Counted from the first letter of the stretch, positions 1 through 9,060 are shown. The stretch: DNA of 44,893 nucleotides from Thermostichus sp. DRC_bins_24 (GCA_039794845.1 JAUQVK010000069.1:1-44893), one strand, 5' to 3'. Translations and numbers: made by a program. Notes: generated by a model not told the origin, from the sequence alone.

Positions 1-226
1 TGCGTCAAAAAATGATGAAGGGATTGATGGCTTTCTACCCCAACATGGCGAGCAATGGCAGGCAAGCTCTTCCGCTTCATCGGGGAAAGTAAACCCAAAA
101 GGATAAGCTTAAAAAACTCGAAGCTTCGTACTTCAGGAAAGTGGGGGCGGTAGGCTTCACAGTAGTCATCAATGAGTAGTCATCAATGACTTGAAGGGTG
201 GGTAGTGCCTGACGAGCTAGAGTCAT
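1..226 (-). pseudogene. IS701-family transposase N-terminus, frameshifted; runs off the window start
   Basis: Manual translation from ATG at 226 gives MTLARQALPTLQVIDDY. Removing one copy of the 14-bp tandem repeat (161-188) continues it as CEAYRPHFPEVRSFEFFKLILLGLLSPMKRKSLPAIARHVGVESHQSLHHFLT, the typical cyanobacterial IS701 N-terminus (F-P-E-V-R-S-F-E, KRKSLPAIA, QSLHHFLT). Confidence 0.85.
161..188. repeat. Perfect 14-bp tandem duplication (AGTAGTCATCAATG x2)
   Basis: Seen directly at 161-174 and 175-188. Confidence 0.97.
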
Positions 227-493
227 GGCCAGGTAAGGAGTTCAGCTTCTCCCTCAAGCCTAGCCTGCCCATACTGACAAAAGAGGCATAAAGTGCAACC
301 AAACCTCTGTCAGGCAAAGGATTAACTTGTATCGTGCTCTGCACGACCCGGGGGGACACTGGCTGTACTGTAATAGATAGCACCGGAAAAGGCTGTAATC
401 TGCTTTTAGGATGATGTATTCATCCCAATGGTTATATCAAAATTGCTCTATTAAGACGTACGCTTATAGAGAGAATAGAGAGAAGGTAAATGG

Positions 494-1816
494 CTATACC
501 TGCTTGGGTTGAAGGGCACGATCCAGCAATTCCATCGGATGATAGATCGGGATCTCGGCTTTGTTTTGCAAGCCTAGATGCTTTTGGATTTGCAGGCGGC
601 AGCCGATATTGGCGGAGACGATTCCCTGAGCACCGGTGTTGAGAAGGTTTTCGACCTTTTGGGATCCCAGCTCCGCGGCCACCTTGGGTTGCAACAGGTT
701 GTAAACTCCAGAACTGCCACAGCAGAGGGCAGCATCGACGGGATCCCGCAGTTCCACCCCTGGGATTTGCCGCAACAGTTGCCGCGGTTCTTGGCTGAGC
801 CGTTGCCCGTGCAACATGTGACAGGCATCTTGATACACCAGCACCAAAGGTTCGGATTGTAGCGGGTGGAGTGGAGTGGTTAAGCCTATCTGGGCCAGAA
901 ACTCCTGAATATCCTTGACTTTTGCAGCAAACTGGGCAGCTTTGTCTTTGTATTCCGGATCTTTGCCCAAGATGTGGCCGTATTCTTTTAAGGTATGTCC
1001 GCAGCCGGAGGCGTTGATCAGAATGGCATCCAGCTCGTAGGGGGCGAAAGTATCAATCATCTGGCGGGCCAGGGTTTCCGCCTGTTGCAGTTGCCCCTGG
1101 TGATGGGGCAGGGCGGCACAACAGCCCTGGTGGGGAGGAATCACCACTTCACAGCCATTCCGGGTCAAGACCCGAATGCTGGCCTCATTCACTTGGGGGG
1201 TAAACAGGCGCTGTACACAGCCCAGAATGAGCCCCACCCGAAAGCGGCGCTCTCCCACTGCTGGGATCCGCTCAGGGTAGGGCTTGGGTAGGAGTTGCGC
1301 GGCTGCTAGCGGGGGCATGAGAGATTCCATGGCCGCCAAACGGGGGGAGATCTTTTCCAGCCTTTCTCCCATCCATCGGCTGATTCCCAGGCGTTGATAC
1401 AGCCAAAGGGGCCACAACAAAGGCCGCAGCCGAGTCGGGTAGGGAAACACCGAAAAGATGAACCGACGATAAAGCCGATCCCAAAGGGTACGCGGGTAGT
1501 TGCGCTCAATTTGTGGGCGTGTCGCTGCGATCAACTGGTCGTACTGCACACCTGAGGGACAGGCCGTAACACAGGCCAAACAGCCCAGACAACTGTCGAA
1601 GTGAGAAACCGTAGCCGCGGACAAACCGATTTGCCCCTGATTGAGGGCATCCATTTGGTAAATGCGCCCGCGGGGAGAATCGGTTTCTTTGCCGATGACC
1701 CGATAGCTAGGGCAGGTGGTCAGGCAAAACCCGCAATGCACACAGGCATCAATCAACTTGGGATCCGGCGGGTTGATCTCATCAAACTTTGGCCCTTCGG
1801 ATATAGACCCAGACAT
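494..1816 (-). CDS. glcF: Glycolate oxidase iron-sulfur subunit
   Basis: Two 4Fe-4S motifs (CVHCGFCLTTCP, CLGCLACVTACP), SPRGRI, and two CCG domains (GCCAA, LCCGSSG). Confidence 0.92.
   Translation of the reverse strand: MSGSISEGPKFDEINPPDPKLIDACVHCGFCLTTCPSYRVIGKETDSPRGRIYQMDALNQGQIGLSAATVSHFDSCLGCLACVTACPSGVQYDQLIAATRPQIERNYPRTLWDRLYRRFIFSVFPYPTRLRPLLWPLWLYQRLGISRWMGERLEKISPRLAAMESLMPPLAAAQLLPKPYPERIPAVGERRFRVGLILGCVQRLFTPQVNEASIRVLTRNGCEVVIPPHQGCCAALPHHQGQLQQAETLARQMIDTFAPYELDAILINASGCGHTLKEYGHILGKDPEYKDKAAQFAAKVKDIQEFLAQIGLTTPLHPLQSEPLVLVYQDACHMLHGQRLSQEPRQLLRQIPGVELRDPVDAALCCGSSGVYNLLQPKVAAELGSQKVENLLNTGAQGIVSANIGCRLQIQKHLGLQNKAEIPIYHPMELLDRALQPKQV
661..668. repeat. Highly iterated palindrome GGGATCCC (one example of many copies)
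   Basis: Also at 1861, 3001, 13371, 15041, 18241, 29161 and many other sites, in both coding and intergenic DNA. Confidence 0.9.
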
Positions 1817-1870
1817 ATCGCGCTCTCAGCACACAAAATAAGGAAAAAGTTTTTAGGTTAGGGATCCCGT

Positions 1871-2122
1871 TTAGGAGGGGAGTTGATCCTGCCGCTGCAG
1901 CAACTCTTTGAGCAAGGCTAGAGCCTCGCTATCAAAGTTGTTGTGGCTGATGGCCTCTTGCAAAAAGGCTTTTTCTGCTTCAGAAATGTGTCCATCCTGC
2001 AGAATGAGGGTTTTCAAACCATCGGCCTCGAAGCGATCGATCACATTGTCGTCTTCTAGAAAAAAGGCCAATGCCTGCCGCAAAGACTCTACCTTGCCCT
2101 CCGGTTCTACAGGATCCATCAT
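1871..2122 (-). CDS. Small acidic hypothetical protein (~83 aa)
   Basis: Co-oriented upstream of glcF, protein-like composition. Start chosen at MMDPVE. Two similar loop-helix units (DDNVIDRFEA, QDGHISEAEK). Confidence 0.7.
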   Translation of the reverse strand: MMDPVEPEGKVESLRQALAFFLEDDNVIDRFEADGLKTLILQDGHISEAEKAFLQEAISHNNFDSEALALLKELLQRQDQLPS

Positions 2123-2168
2123 GCTCTTTACCCCCTTACCGTGGTTCCTCTGCATCTTAATCTGGGAA

Positions 2169-2303
2169 TATAGCCCTTGCGCGGGTTTTCTACAGCAGGG
2201 ATTGTGCGTCCTGTTCTCGCTAAGCGGAGCCCAAAGGACCTTCCCTTTAGAGAGTGGATCTCAACTTCCACAGTTGTTACACGTGACTAGCGGAAGGGCT
2301 GTA
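2169..2303. mobile_element. 135-bp MITE-like element with imperfect terminal inverted repeats, TA at both ends (IS630-like)
   Basis: Left end TATAGCCCTTGCGC (2169-2182) and right end GCGGAAGGGCTGTA (2290-2303) are 12/14 reverse-complementary. The left end recurs at 38569-38596. Confidence 0.65.
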
Positions 2304-2407
2304 GCGTGGCCGAGAAATCCAAGTGCTCTTTTGGCTCGTACTACCCTATGGATAGAGATCTGTCCAGCAGAGCTCTTTTTCCATTGTCCCTCACCTTTTT
2401 CGAACCA

Positions 2408-2728
2408 ATGAACCTAAGATCTGTCTTCACCTCAGCTTTTGTGGGAGCAGCCCTTTCCGGTCTTACCCTCTCGGGAGCAGCCTTAGCCCAAGCCAACCTG
2501 CGGGAACTGCCCCCCGATCTGGCAGAACAACTGACCACAGAGCAGATTTTGCAAGCCTGTGCCCGCAACCAAGCGGACACGTTGCCCAGCCCCTTCCCGG
2601 ATGTGGTGCCGAGCGATTGGGCCTACAAAGCCGTGCTCACCCTCTACTACTGCGGCGCTTACCGCGGGGCGATTCCACCGGAACAATACCGGCGCTACCT
2701 GGAGCAACAACGGGGATCCCAAACCTAG
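2408..2728 (+). CDS. Small secreted protein with an S-layer homology (SLH)-like motif
   Basis: Signal peptide ending ALA-Q; PFPDVVPSDWAYKAV resembles the SLH start motif. Start at ATG 2408. Confidence 0.75.
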   Translation: MNLRSVFTSAFVGAALSGLTLSGAALAQANLRELPPDLAEQLTTEQILQACARNQADTLPSPFPDVVPSDWAYKAVLTLYYCGAYRGAIPPEQYRRYLEQQRGSQT

Positions 2729-2762
2729 GGGCTTGGGATCCCGATCGATGGCCCCTCCTGCC

Positions 2763-4643
2763 TTAAGCGGGATAAAGCTCTTTGATGAGGTGGGCGTAGC
2801 GTTCGGCCACGGGGTTGCGCTTGATCTTCAGGGTTTGGGTCATGAGGCCGTTTTCCACACTCAGAGGCTCGGGCAAGAAGCGAAAATCGCTGATTTGATC
2901 GTCAACTCGGTAGCCCGGTCGCTGCCGGATGCGGGTGCGCATCTCCTCCAAAATCAGGGAACGCACCTGGGGGCTGGCCAGCAGTTCGGGTTCGGAAGTC
3001 GGGATCCCTTGTTCGGCGGCCCAGGCTTTTAAGGCATCTAGGTTGGGATAGATGAGGGCGGCCAATTTCTTTTGATCTTGCCCCACCACCACGATTTGGC
3101 TGATGTAGGGGCTTTGTAGACAAACGTCTTCCAGGGGTTGCGGCTCAATGTTTTCCCCATTCAGCAGCACGATCGTATCTTTGGCCCGCCCGGTGATCAC
3201 CAACTGTCCATCGGGGGTCAACCAGCCCAGATCCCCGGTGTCGAACCAACCGTCTGGGGTGAGCACTTTTGCCGTGGCTTCGGGGTTGTTGTAGTAGCCC
3301 ATCATCACCTGGGGTCCCCGCGCTGTGATGATTCCTTTTTGGCCTTGGGGCAAAGGCTCCCGGGTTTCCGGATCCACAATGCGAAACTCGGTGCCCGGCA
3401 ATGGGGGGCCTGCCGTACCCCGCACATTCCACTCAGGCCGTCGCGCGCACAGGACCGGTGAGGTTTCGGTGAGGCCATAGCCATTGAGAATTGAAATTCC
3501 GGCGACCTCGTAGAACAAATCCAGATAGGCCGGCAGGGATCCCCCTCCACTGATGGCGTGTTGAAAGTTAGGCCCGAGGGCTTGCCGTACTTTTTTGTAG
3601 ATCAGCAGATCCCCCAATTTGTGCACGGGCCACAGCAGCACCTGTTGAGCCCGAGCCTGAAGACGCTCAAATCCACTGGCCCCATAGTGCAAGATTGACT
3701 GATTGCGGGCGATGCGACCCGCTAAGACGTAGCGCTCGCTCAGGCTGATCAGGGTGCGAATAATCCGCTGCATCAGGGCACTTTTCTCACCAAATTGCCG
3801 TTGGATCCCGTCATAGACAGTTTCCCAAATGCGGGGAACGGCGACGAGAAAATGGGGTTGCTCTTGTTTGAAATCTTGCTTGATAAAACGCGGGTTGGTA
3901 TAGACCAAAGTACAGGCCCGGCTAAGCAGAAAATACTCACAAGCCCGTTCGTAGGAGTGCCAGGTGGGCAAAATGGTCAGCACTTTGTTGCCCGGTTGCG
4001 GCTGCACCACCACGTCCAGCGTTTCGACTTGGTGCATGAGGTTGCCGTGGCTGAGCATCACCCCTTTCGGTCGGCCGGAAGTGCCGGAGGTGTAGATGAT
4101 GGTGGCCAGTTGAGAGCGATCGAGCCTTGGGGGTTCATAGCCGTGCTCCTGCCCTTTTTGCAGCCATTGCGAGAAGTTCAATACCCCTGCTTGTTCCTCA
4201 TCCGAGAGCAAAAGCACCCGTTCGAGGCCCAAGGCTTGCACATCCGATTGGATTCGCTTTAGGGTTTTTAGATCCTGCACAATCAAGGTGGTACTGCCGG
4301 AGTGGCGCAAAATGTAACCCAGCTCATCCGGGTCGGCGATGGCGCTGCGAGGTACATTCACCGCCCCCGTAAACATCGTGGCCAAGTCCGCCATCAACCA
4401 GCGGGGGGAGTTATCGGCAATCAGCGCAACCCGATCCCCGGGGCGGATCCCCAAAGCTTGTAGCCCACCCGCTAGGGCTTGGATCTGTTGAAAGAGAATC
4501 CCATAACTAACCTCGTAAACCGGCTGCGCATGGGGATCCCGCAGAGCAATGTGTCCGGCAAATTGTTCGGCTAACCTCTGCCAGACGTTCAGCAGCGTCG
4601 TCCCAGGGGTAGTGGGAGTAGCAGAAGCGATGGCAGTCGTCAT
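2763..4643 (-). CDS. aas: Long-chain acyl-ACP/acyl-CoA synthetase (AMP-binding)
   Basis: YTSGTSGRPKG, GYGLTE, GWFDTGDLG, GRAKD and LMTQTLKIKR motifs. Confidence 0.85.
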   Translation of the reverse strand: MTTAIASATPTTPGTTLLNVWQRLAEQFAGHIALRDPHAQPVYEVSYGILFQQIQALAGGLQALGIRPGDRVALIADNSPRWLMADLATMFTGAVNVPRSAIADPDELGYILRHSGSTTLIVQDLKTLKRIQSDVQALGLERVLLLSDEEQAGVLNFSQWLQKGQEHGYEPPRLDRSQLATIIYTSGTSGRPKGVMLSHGNLMHQVETLDVVVQPQPGNKVLTILPTWHSYERACEYFLLSRACTLVYTNPRFIKQDFKQEQPHFLVAVPRIWETVYDGIQRQFGEKSALMQRIIRTLISLSERYVLAGRIARNQSILHYGASGFERLQARAQQVLLWPVHKLGDLLIYKKVRQALGPNFQHAISGGGSLPAYLDLFYEVAGISILNGYGLTETSPVLCARRPEWNVRGTAGPPLPGTEFRIVDPETREPLPQGQKGIITARGPQVMMGYYNNPEATAKVLTPDGWFDTGDLGWLTPDGQLVITGRAKDTIVLLNGENIEPQPLEDVCLQSPYISQIVVVGQDQKKLAALIYPNLDALKAWAAEQGIPTSEPELLASPQVRSLILEEMRTRIRQRPGYRVDDQISDFRFLPEPLSVENGLMTQTLKIKRNPVAERYAHLIKELYPA

Positions 4644-4898
4644 AATCTGTACCGTAAATCACATTTACAGTCTAGTAAACCAGGGTCTTCTTTCCCGGAT
4701 CCCTCTGGACAGTTTATGATCTGTCACCGAATCGGTAGTCTGCACAGAAGCTTAGGGATCTCTAGATGTTGGCTCTTGGGGGTAGGCCGCAGGACGAACC
4801 CCGGACCTGTAGCCCTGGGGCCAAAGAATCTGTGCAAGACCTCAGAAAGGACGGCCCAGCTTGGCGTTAGCCTGGGGCGGATATTCCACGGATGCGAC

Positions 4899-5801
4899 AT
4901 GCTGGTAGCCCACGATTTGCACAAAACTTACAACGATGTGGAGGTGGTGTGCGGCGTTGAACTCACCCTCGATACCGGCGAAGTCCTCGGCTTGTTGGGG
5001 CCGAATGGGGCAGGCAAAAGCACTACCATGGGTATGCTCTACGGTATGGTGGTGCCCACGCGGGGGTTTGTGCACCTCGACCACCTTGATATTCACGCCC
5101 AGGGATCCCTGGCCCGTCGCCAAATGGGGGTGGTTACTCAAGACGACAACCTGGATCCCGACCTGAATGTGTACGAGAACCTGATCTGTTTTGCCCGCCA
5201 CTGCCGATTGGTGGGGCGAGAAGCAAAACACCGGGTGGCGGAGGTGATGGAGCAGGTGAATTTGCTGGGACGGGAGAAAGCCGGTGTGGAGGAGCTGTCC
5301 GGCGGCTTGAAGCGGCGGTTGGTGCTGGCACGGGCATTGCTGAACAACCCCAAAATCGTTTTTTTGGATGAGCCCACCACCGGTTTGGATCCCGATGCTC
5401 GTCAGGATTTCTGGAAGCTGGTGACTCAGCTACGGCAGACAGGACGGGGAATATTGCTCACCACCCACTACATGGATGAGGCGGAACGTCTGTGTGATCG
5501 GCTGCTGTTGATGCAACAGGGGCAAATCGTGGATCAGGGTACCCCGGCCCAGCTGATCGAACGGGTGGTGGGGCGAGAGGTGTTGGAGGTGGAAGGGATC
5601 CCGGGTGAGCGGGTGGGGGCGCTGGCGGATTGGGCTGGGGTGTGGTGGCGGTCTTTCAGCACCGGCTTTTTGGTGGTGTTGCCCGGTGTGGATCCCCAGG
5701 CTTTTTTCCATCGGGTTGAAGACGAGCAGCCAACCCGACTGTTGCGCCGCAAAGCCAACCTAGAAGATGTTTTTCTGCGCCTGACCGGGGATCGCCTTTA
5801 G
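4899..5801 (+). CDS. ABC transporter ATP-binding protein (NodI/ABC-2 exporter type)
   Basis: Walker A GPNGAGKST, signature LSGG, Walker B VFLDEPT, H-loop TTHY, C-terminal NLEDVFLRLTG. Start placed at MLVAHDL. Confidence 0.9.
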   Translation: MLVAHDLHKTYNDVEVVCGVELTLDTGEVLGLLGPNGAGKSTTMGMLYGMVVPTRGFVHLDHLDIHAQGSLARRQMGVVTQDDNLDPDLNVYENLICFARHCRLVGREAKHRVAEVMEQVNLLGREKAGVEELSGGLKRRLVLARALLNNPKIVFLDEPTTGLDPDARQDFWKLVTQLRQTGRGILLTTHYMDEAERLCDRLLLMQQGQIVDQGTPAQLIERVVGREVLEVEGIPGERVGALADWAGVWWRSFSTGFLVVLPGVDPQAFFHRVEDEQPTRLLRRKANLEDVFLRLTGDRL

Positions 5802-5821
5802 GACGGCTTTACTGACTGACT

Positions 5822-5989
5822 TTACTGACAACAGCCGGAAGATACACAGCAACCGGAAGGGTGCTCATGGTTGTGGGTGGCACAGGCTTCGCTGCAGTAG
5901 AGTTGGCCCTCGTAGCTAAAGCCCTGGCTGCTCTCAAAGCTGCAGTTGCAGTGTTCACAGGCACAACGGACAAGTGTGCTGGCTGACAT
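5822..5989 (-). CDS. smtA: Bacterial metallothionein (55 aa), absent from the ORF track
   Basis: Translation MSASTLVRCACEHCNCSFESSQGFSYEGQLYCSEACATHNHEHPSGCCVSSGCCQ shows the CxCxxCxC and YCSxxCA signature. GGAGA RBS upstream. Confidence 0.95.
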   Translation of the reverse strand: MSASTLVRCACEHCNCSFESSQGFSYEGQLYCSEACATHNHEHPSGCCVSSGCCQ

Positions 5990-6073
5990 AACTTTTCTCC
6001 TTTGGTTTTCTAGGGGATCCTTATTCCTGCAGGATCCCTGTCATTAGACCTTAACAGCTGCCCGGCAACGATG

Positions 6074-6089
6074 CTGAAACAAGAATCAG
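6074..6089. promoter_or_regulatory. Imperfect 7-2-7 inverted repeat upstream of smtA
   Basis: CTGAAAC-AA-GAATCAG differs at 2 of 16 positions from the CTGAATC-AA-GATTCAG repeat I recall from the S. elongatus smt operator/promoter region. Confidence 0.35.
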
Positions 6090-6104
6090 ACTCACTTTCA
6101 ACCT

Positions 6105-6260
6105 TCAATAATTTGCACAGGTCTGTAAACTACCCGACTCCGACCGCTTACGGGGTACAGAGCGAGCTTGCAGTAGCCCTCAAGACAACATCTTGCAAAG
6201 AGCAAGACATCATCCCGGAACCTCTAGGCGAGTTTACGACTCGCCCCAAAGTCGCGATAT
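6105..6260 (-). ncRNA. Putative TnpB omegaRNA (reRNA) scaffold plus guide; boundaries approximate
   Basis: Overlaps the tnpB 3' end and runs to ...GGTCGGAGTCGGGTAGTTTAC (ending 6125), a typical cyanobacterial IS200/IS605 right end. The guide would be 6124-6105. Confidence 0.4.
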
Positions 6261-7015
6261 TTTTCGCTCCATTCACATCAGCATCACCAACCCAATTACA
6301 GGCATGATTCAGACATTCAAACCGTTTGCCCACTCGATTACCGATCACCTTGCAGCAATGACAGGTTTTCGAGGTGTAACAGGGATCCACAAGCAGAACA
6401 TCCACACCGAACTTCACGCCTTTGTAGGTCAAAAATTGGTGCAGTTGATAAAACGCCCAACTGTTAGATCGTCGCCGTTCTATCTTAGAACGCGGCATCT
6501 GCTTGGTGCGTTCTCTGATGCCTGTGAGCTCCTCAAGCGCAATTGTCTGATTCGCAGTTTTAGCCTGCTGGATCGGTTGGTAGCTGATGGTATGGTTCAG
6601 CCATGCTTGGAGCCTACGTTCACGTCCACTCAACCGCTAGACCTGCCTCCCACGACGGCGAGTAGATTGTGTGCCTTTGGACGCTTTACGTTGCAACGAA
6701 GCCCGTACACGACTGTATCACGACTGTATTTGTCCCGAGTTTGGGTAATCTCCTTACCGCTGAATCTCCCTCCTTCAGAAGTGCAAGCCGATGTCGGCGC
6801 GCCCCAAATCTACCCCCAATACCTTGTCGGTATCGGCAATAGCGGGTGGCTCAGATTCCAGTTGGATTTGCAGGTAGAAACAACCTACCATCCCTACGCT
6901 TAGCCGGCGTGGCCGATTTGGGTTTTTGCCCCGACAGCAAATGCTTCTGGTAGTTACCGATATGCAGCCCAAAGCTCTCTCTCCCCTTAAGCATCGTCAT
7001 GGAGAGCACCAGCAC
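6125..7015 (-). mobile_element. Degenerate IS200/IS605-family element (tnpB only, 5'-truncated)
   Basis: tnpB relic plus right-end motif. No tnpA and no left end seen. Confidence 0.75.
6148..7015 (-). pseudogene. tnpB: TnpB RNA-guided endonuclease pseudogene
   Basis: Segments in different frames: GRESFGLHIGNYQKHLL, RuvC-I VLGVDLG, RuvC-II IALEEL, zinc finger YTSKTCHCC...C...C, RuvC-III DADVNGAKNI. Several frameshifts (including an 11-bp duplication at 6708-6729), an in-frame TAG, and no N-terminus. Confidence 0.9.
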
Positions 7016-8035
7016 TTAACCCAGGGATCCGAGCACGGTGCTGTAAATCCCCTGTAACGAGTCCGCCACCTGACCCCAAAGCCCACGGGTTAACGACCAG
7101 CTATCCAGGCCCATCGCCCCACACAACAAGAGTAAATACAAGTTGGCAAAGCCAAACAAAGCGCCCGCCCGATCCCGATTCTGGGGATCCTGAAGCAACT
7201 GCACCGCCTTCCAAACCAAAAGGGATCCCAGTAGCAGGGCAGTCCCCAGGTAAAAGGATCCGAGCACATGCAAGGGGTAAACCAAAATGAGACTCACCGG
7301 CAAAATCAAGAGGGTGTAGAGCAAAATCTGAACTGCTGTGGAGCTTTCCCCGGCCACGACCGGCAACATTGGCACCCCGGCGCGGGCGTAGTCCTCTTGC
7401 TTCAAAATGGCCAAAGCCCAGAAGTGCGGCGGAGTCCACAAAAAGATGATGGCAAACATCACCCAAGCGGCCCAGCTCAACTCACCGGTGGCTGCCGCCC
7501 AACCCACCAAAGGGGGAATGGCCCCCGCCGCCCCGCCAATGACGATATTCTGGGTACTCGAGCGCTTCAGCCAGTGGGTATAAACCCCCACGTACACTGC
7601 AATGCCGGACATGGCCAAGGCAGCCGCCAACAGATTGGTGAACAGGGCCAGCACCGTAAAGGAAGCCAAAGCCAGGATCCCGGCAAAAATCAGGGCATGA
7701 CGAGCTTGAATGCGACCGGAAGGCAGGGGGCGGTGGCGAGTACGCTCCATCACCTGATCGATATCCGAGTCATACACCATGTTGATGGCATTGGCGGCAG
7801 CAGCAGCCATTCCTCCACCCAAAAGGGTGACGGCAAATTTCAAGGGATCCGTGTTGCCCGCAATCCACATGGCCCCAGCCGTGGTCATCAACAACAACGC
7901 GATGATTTTCGGCTTGATCAACTGGCTGTAGCTGCGAAAAACCTGGGACAGGCTTTGGGGAAGGGGAGCCTGGATCTTGCGATGCCAGGTGCTCCGCATC
8001 GGTTGGTTGTGGAAAACATCCTGCATGGAACTCAC
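7016..8035 (-). CDS. ctaB: Protoheme IX farnesyltransferase (heme o synthase)
   Basis: LIKPKII, NMVYDSDIDQVMERTRHRPLPSG, WTPPHFWAL. Overlaps the ctaA stop by 4 nt. Confidence 0.95.
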   Translation of the reverse strand: MSSMQDVFHNQPMRSTWHRKIQAPLPQSLSQVFRSYSQLIKPKIIALLLMTTAGAMWIAGNTDPLKFAVTLLGGGMAAAAANAINMVYDSDIDQVMERTRHRPLPSGRIQARHALIFAGILALASFTVLALFTNLLAAALAMSGIAVYVGVYTHWLKRSSTQNIVIGGAAGAIPPLVGWAAATGELSWAAWVMFAIIFLWTPPHFWALAILKQEDYARAGVPMLPVVAGESSTAVQILLYTLLILPVSLILVYPLHVLGSFYLGTALLLGSLLVWKAVQLLQDPQNRDRAGALFGFANLYLLLLCGAMGLDSWSLTRGLWGQVADSLQGIYSTVLGSLG

Positions 8036-9060
8036 TCACTGGTAATTTCTGCGGTCACGGCCACCCGTTTCAGACCCCGATCCACTGGAGAACGGTGCTG
8101 GATCCGCCAGGCCAACACCGTAAAGCCCAGCAAGGATCCCAGTAAAGCTGCCCCGATCATCTGGTGTGCCACCGTCAAAGGCTCTACCTGTAATCGGAAC
8201 CGATAGGTGAGAACGCCGATCACCACTTGGGCGATCAACATCGTCGTGGCGGAGTGGCCAAAAACCTTCAGGATCTTGGGGATCCGCTTGCGCATCAGCG
8301 CAGTTGCCACCGCAACCGCCAACACCACGAGCGTGGTGGGAATAACCCCCACCAGGTGACTATTCATGACCCAGCACAGCTCGCCCGAGGCAAAGCACTG
8401 ATGCAAGGCCCATTGGGAAGCCACCAATGCCCCCAGAATGCTCTGGCCGTACACCAACAGCACCGCCCCCAAGCCAAGCCACGGCAAATACCCAAGAGAA
8501 AATCCCACTTCGTCTGAGGCATCCGATCGGGGCCAAGCCAGCAACCCCAAGGTCAGTACCGTGGCAAAAAACAGCAAGCCTGTGCCCAAATGAGCCGTAA
8601 CAATGTCGAAGCGCAGCAGCTCCGTCACCGTCAGCCCCCCTAGGATCCCTTGCACCAAGATCAGCCCAACGGCGAAACTCAAGCCCCAGGGCAGCCAAGT
8701 GGGCAATGCCTTCCGCTTCAGCCAGGCAAACCCCATCAAGAGCAGAGTGGCCAAGCCCACCCCAGAAGCCACCATGCGGTGAAACCATTCCAGAAACACC
8801 TGCACATTCATCTGCTGGCTGGGCACAATTTCTCCGTAGCAAAGGGGCCAATCGGGGCAAGACAAACCGGCATTCATGACTCGGGTGGCACTGCCCAATC
8901 CCATCAACAGCCAAGTGGCCGCCGCCAACCCCAGCAACGCCCGCCCTAGCTTCAAGAGAAGCTGGCCAGAACCCGAAGGAGATGAAGTTAAGAGATCCCG
9001 GCCAGTATCCGCAGATTCCACAGATTCCGTAGATAGAGTTTGGGAAACAGAAGAATCCAT
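8032..9060 (-). CDS. ctaA: Heme A synthase (COX15/CtaA)
   Basis: GLSCPDWPLC and LEWFHR motifs, multiple TM helices. Start uncertain (ATG 9060 chosen). Confidence 0.93.
   Translation of the reverse strand: MDSSVSQTLSTESVESADTGRDLLTSSPSGSGQLLLKLGRALLGLAAATWLLMGLGSATRVMNAGLSCPDWPLCYGEIVPSQQMNVQVFLEWFHRMVASGVGLATLLLMGFAWLKRKALPTWLPWGLSFAVGLILVQGILGGLTVTELLRFDIVTAHLGTGLLFFATVLTLGLLAWPRSDASDEVGFSLGYLPWLGLGAVLLVYGQSILGALVASQWALHQCFASGELCWVMNSHLVGVIPTTLVVLAVAVATALMRKRIPKILKVFGHSATTMLIAQVVIGVLTYRFRLQVEPLTVAHQMIGAALLGSLLGFTVLAWRIQHRSPVDRGLKRVAVTAEITSE

Larger units (their letters stand above)
1..289 (-). mobile_element. Left part of an IS701-family insertion sequence
   Basis: Transposase relic at 1-226. 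The minus-strand GCCTCTTTTGTCAG (287-274) resembles cyanobacterial IS701 termini as I recall them; the exact end is uncertain. Confidence 0.55.

Noticed and set aside
183..383. 66-aa ORF in the track
   Set aside because: No protein-like features; it overlaps the IS701 start and left end in another frame.
6014..6038. Hairpin GGGATCCT...AGGATCCC upstream of smtA
   Set aside because: Explained by two near-copies of the abundant GGGATCCC palindrome.
6148..6633. 161-aa TnpB ORF as a functional mini-nuclease or TldR-like repressor
   Set aside because: It starts just after an in-frame TAG, and RuvC-I and the N-terminal domains are out of frame or missing. This is decay, not a clean catalytic substitution.
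7268..8206. 312-aa plus-strand ORF
   Set aside because: Antisense shadow of ctaB/ctaA.
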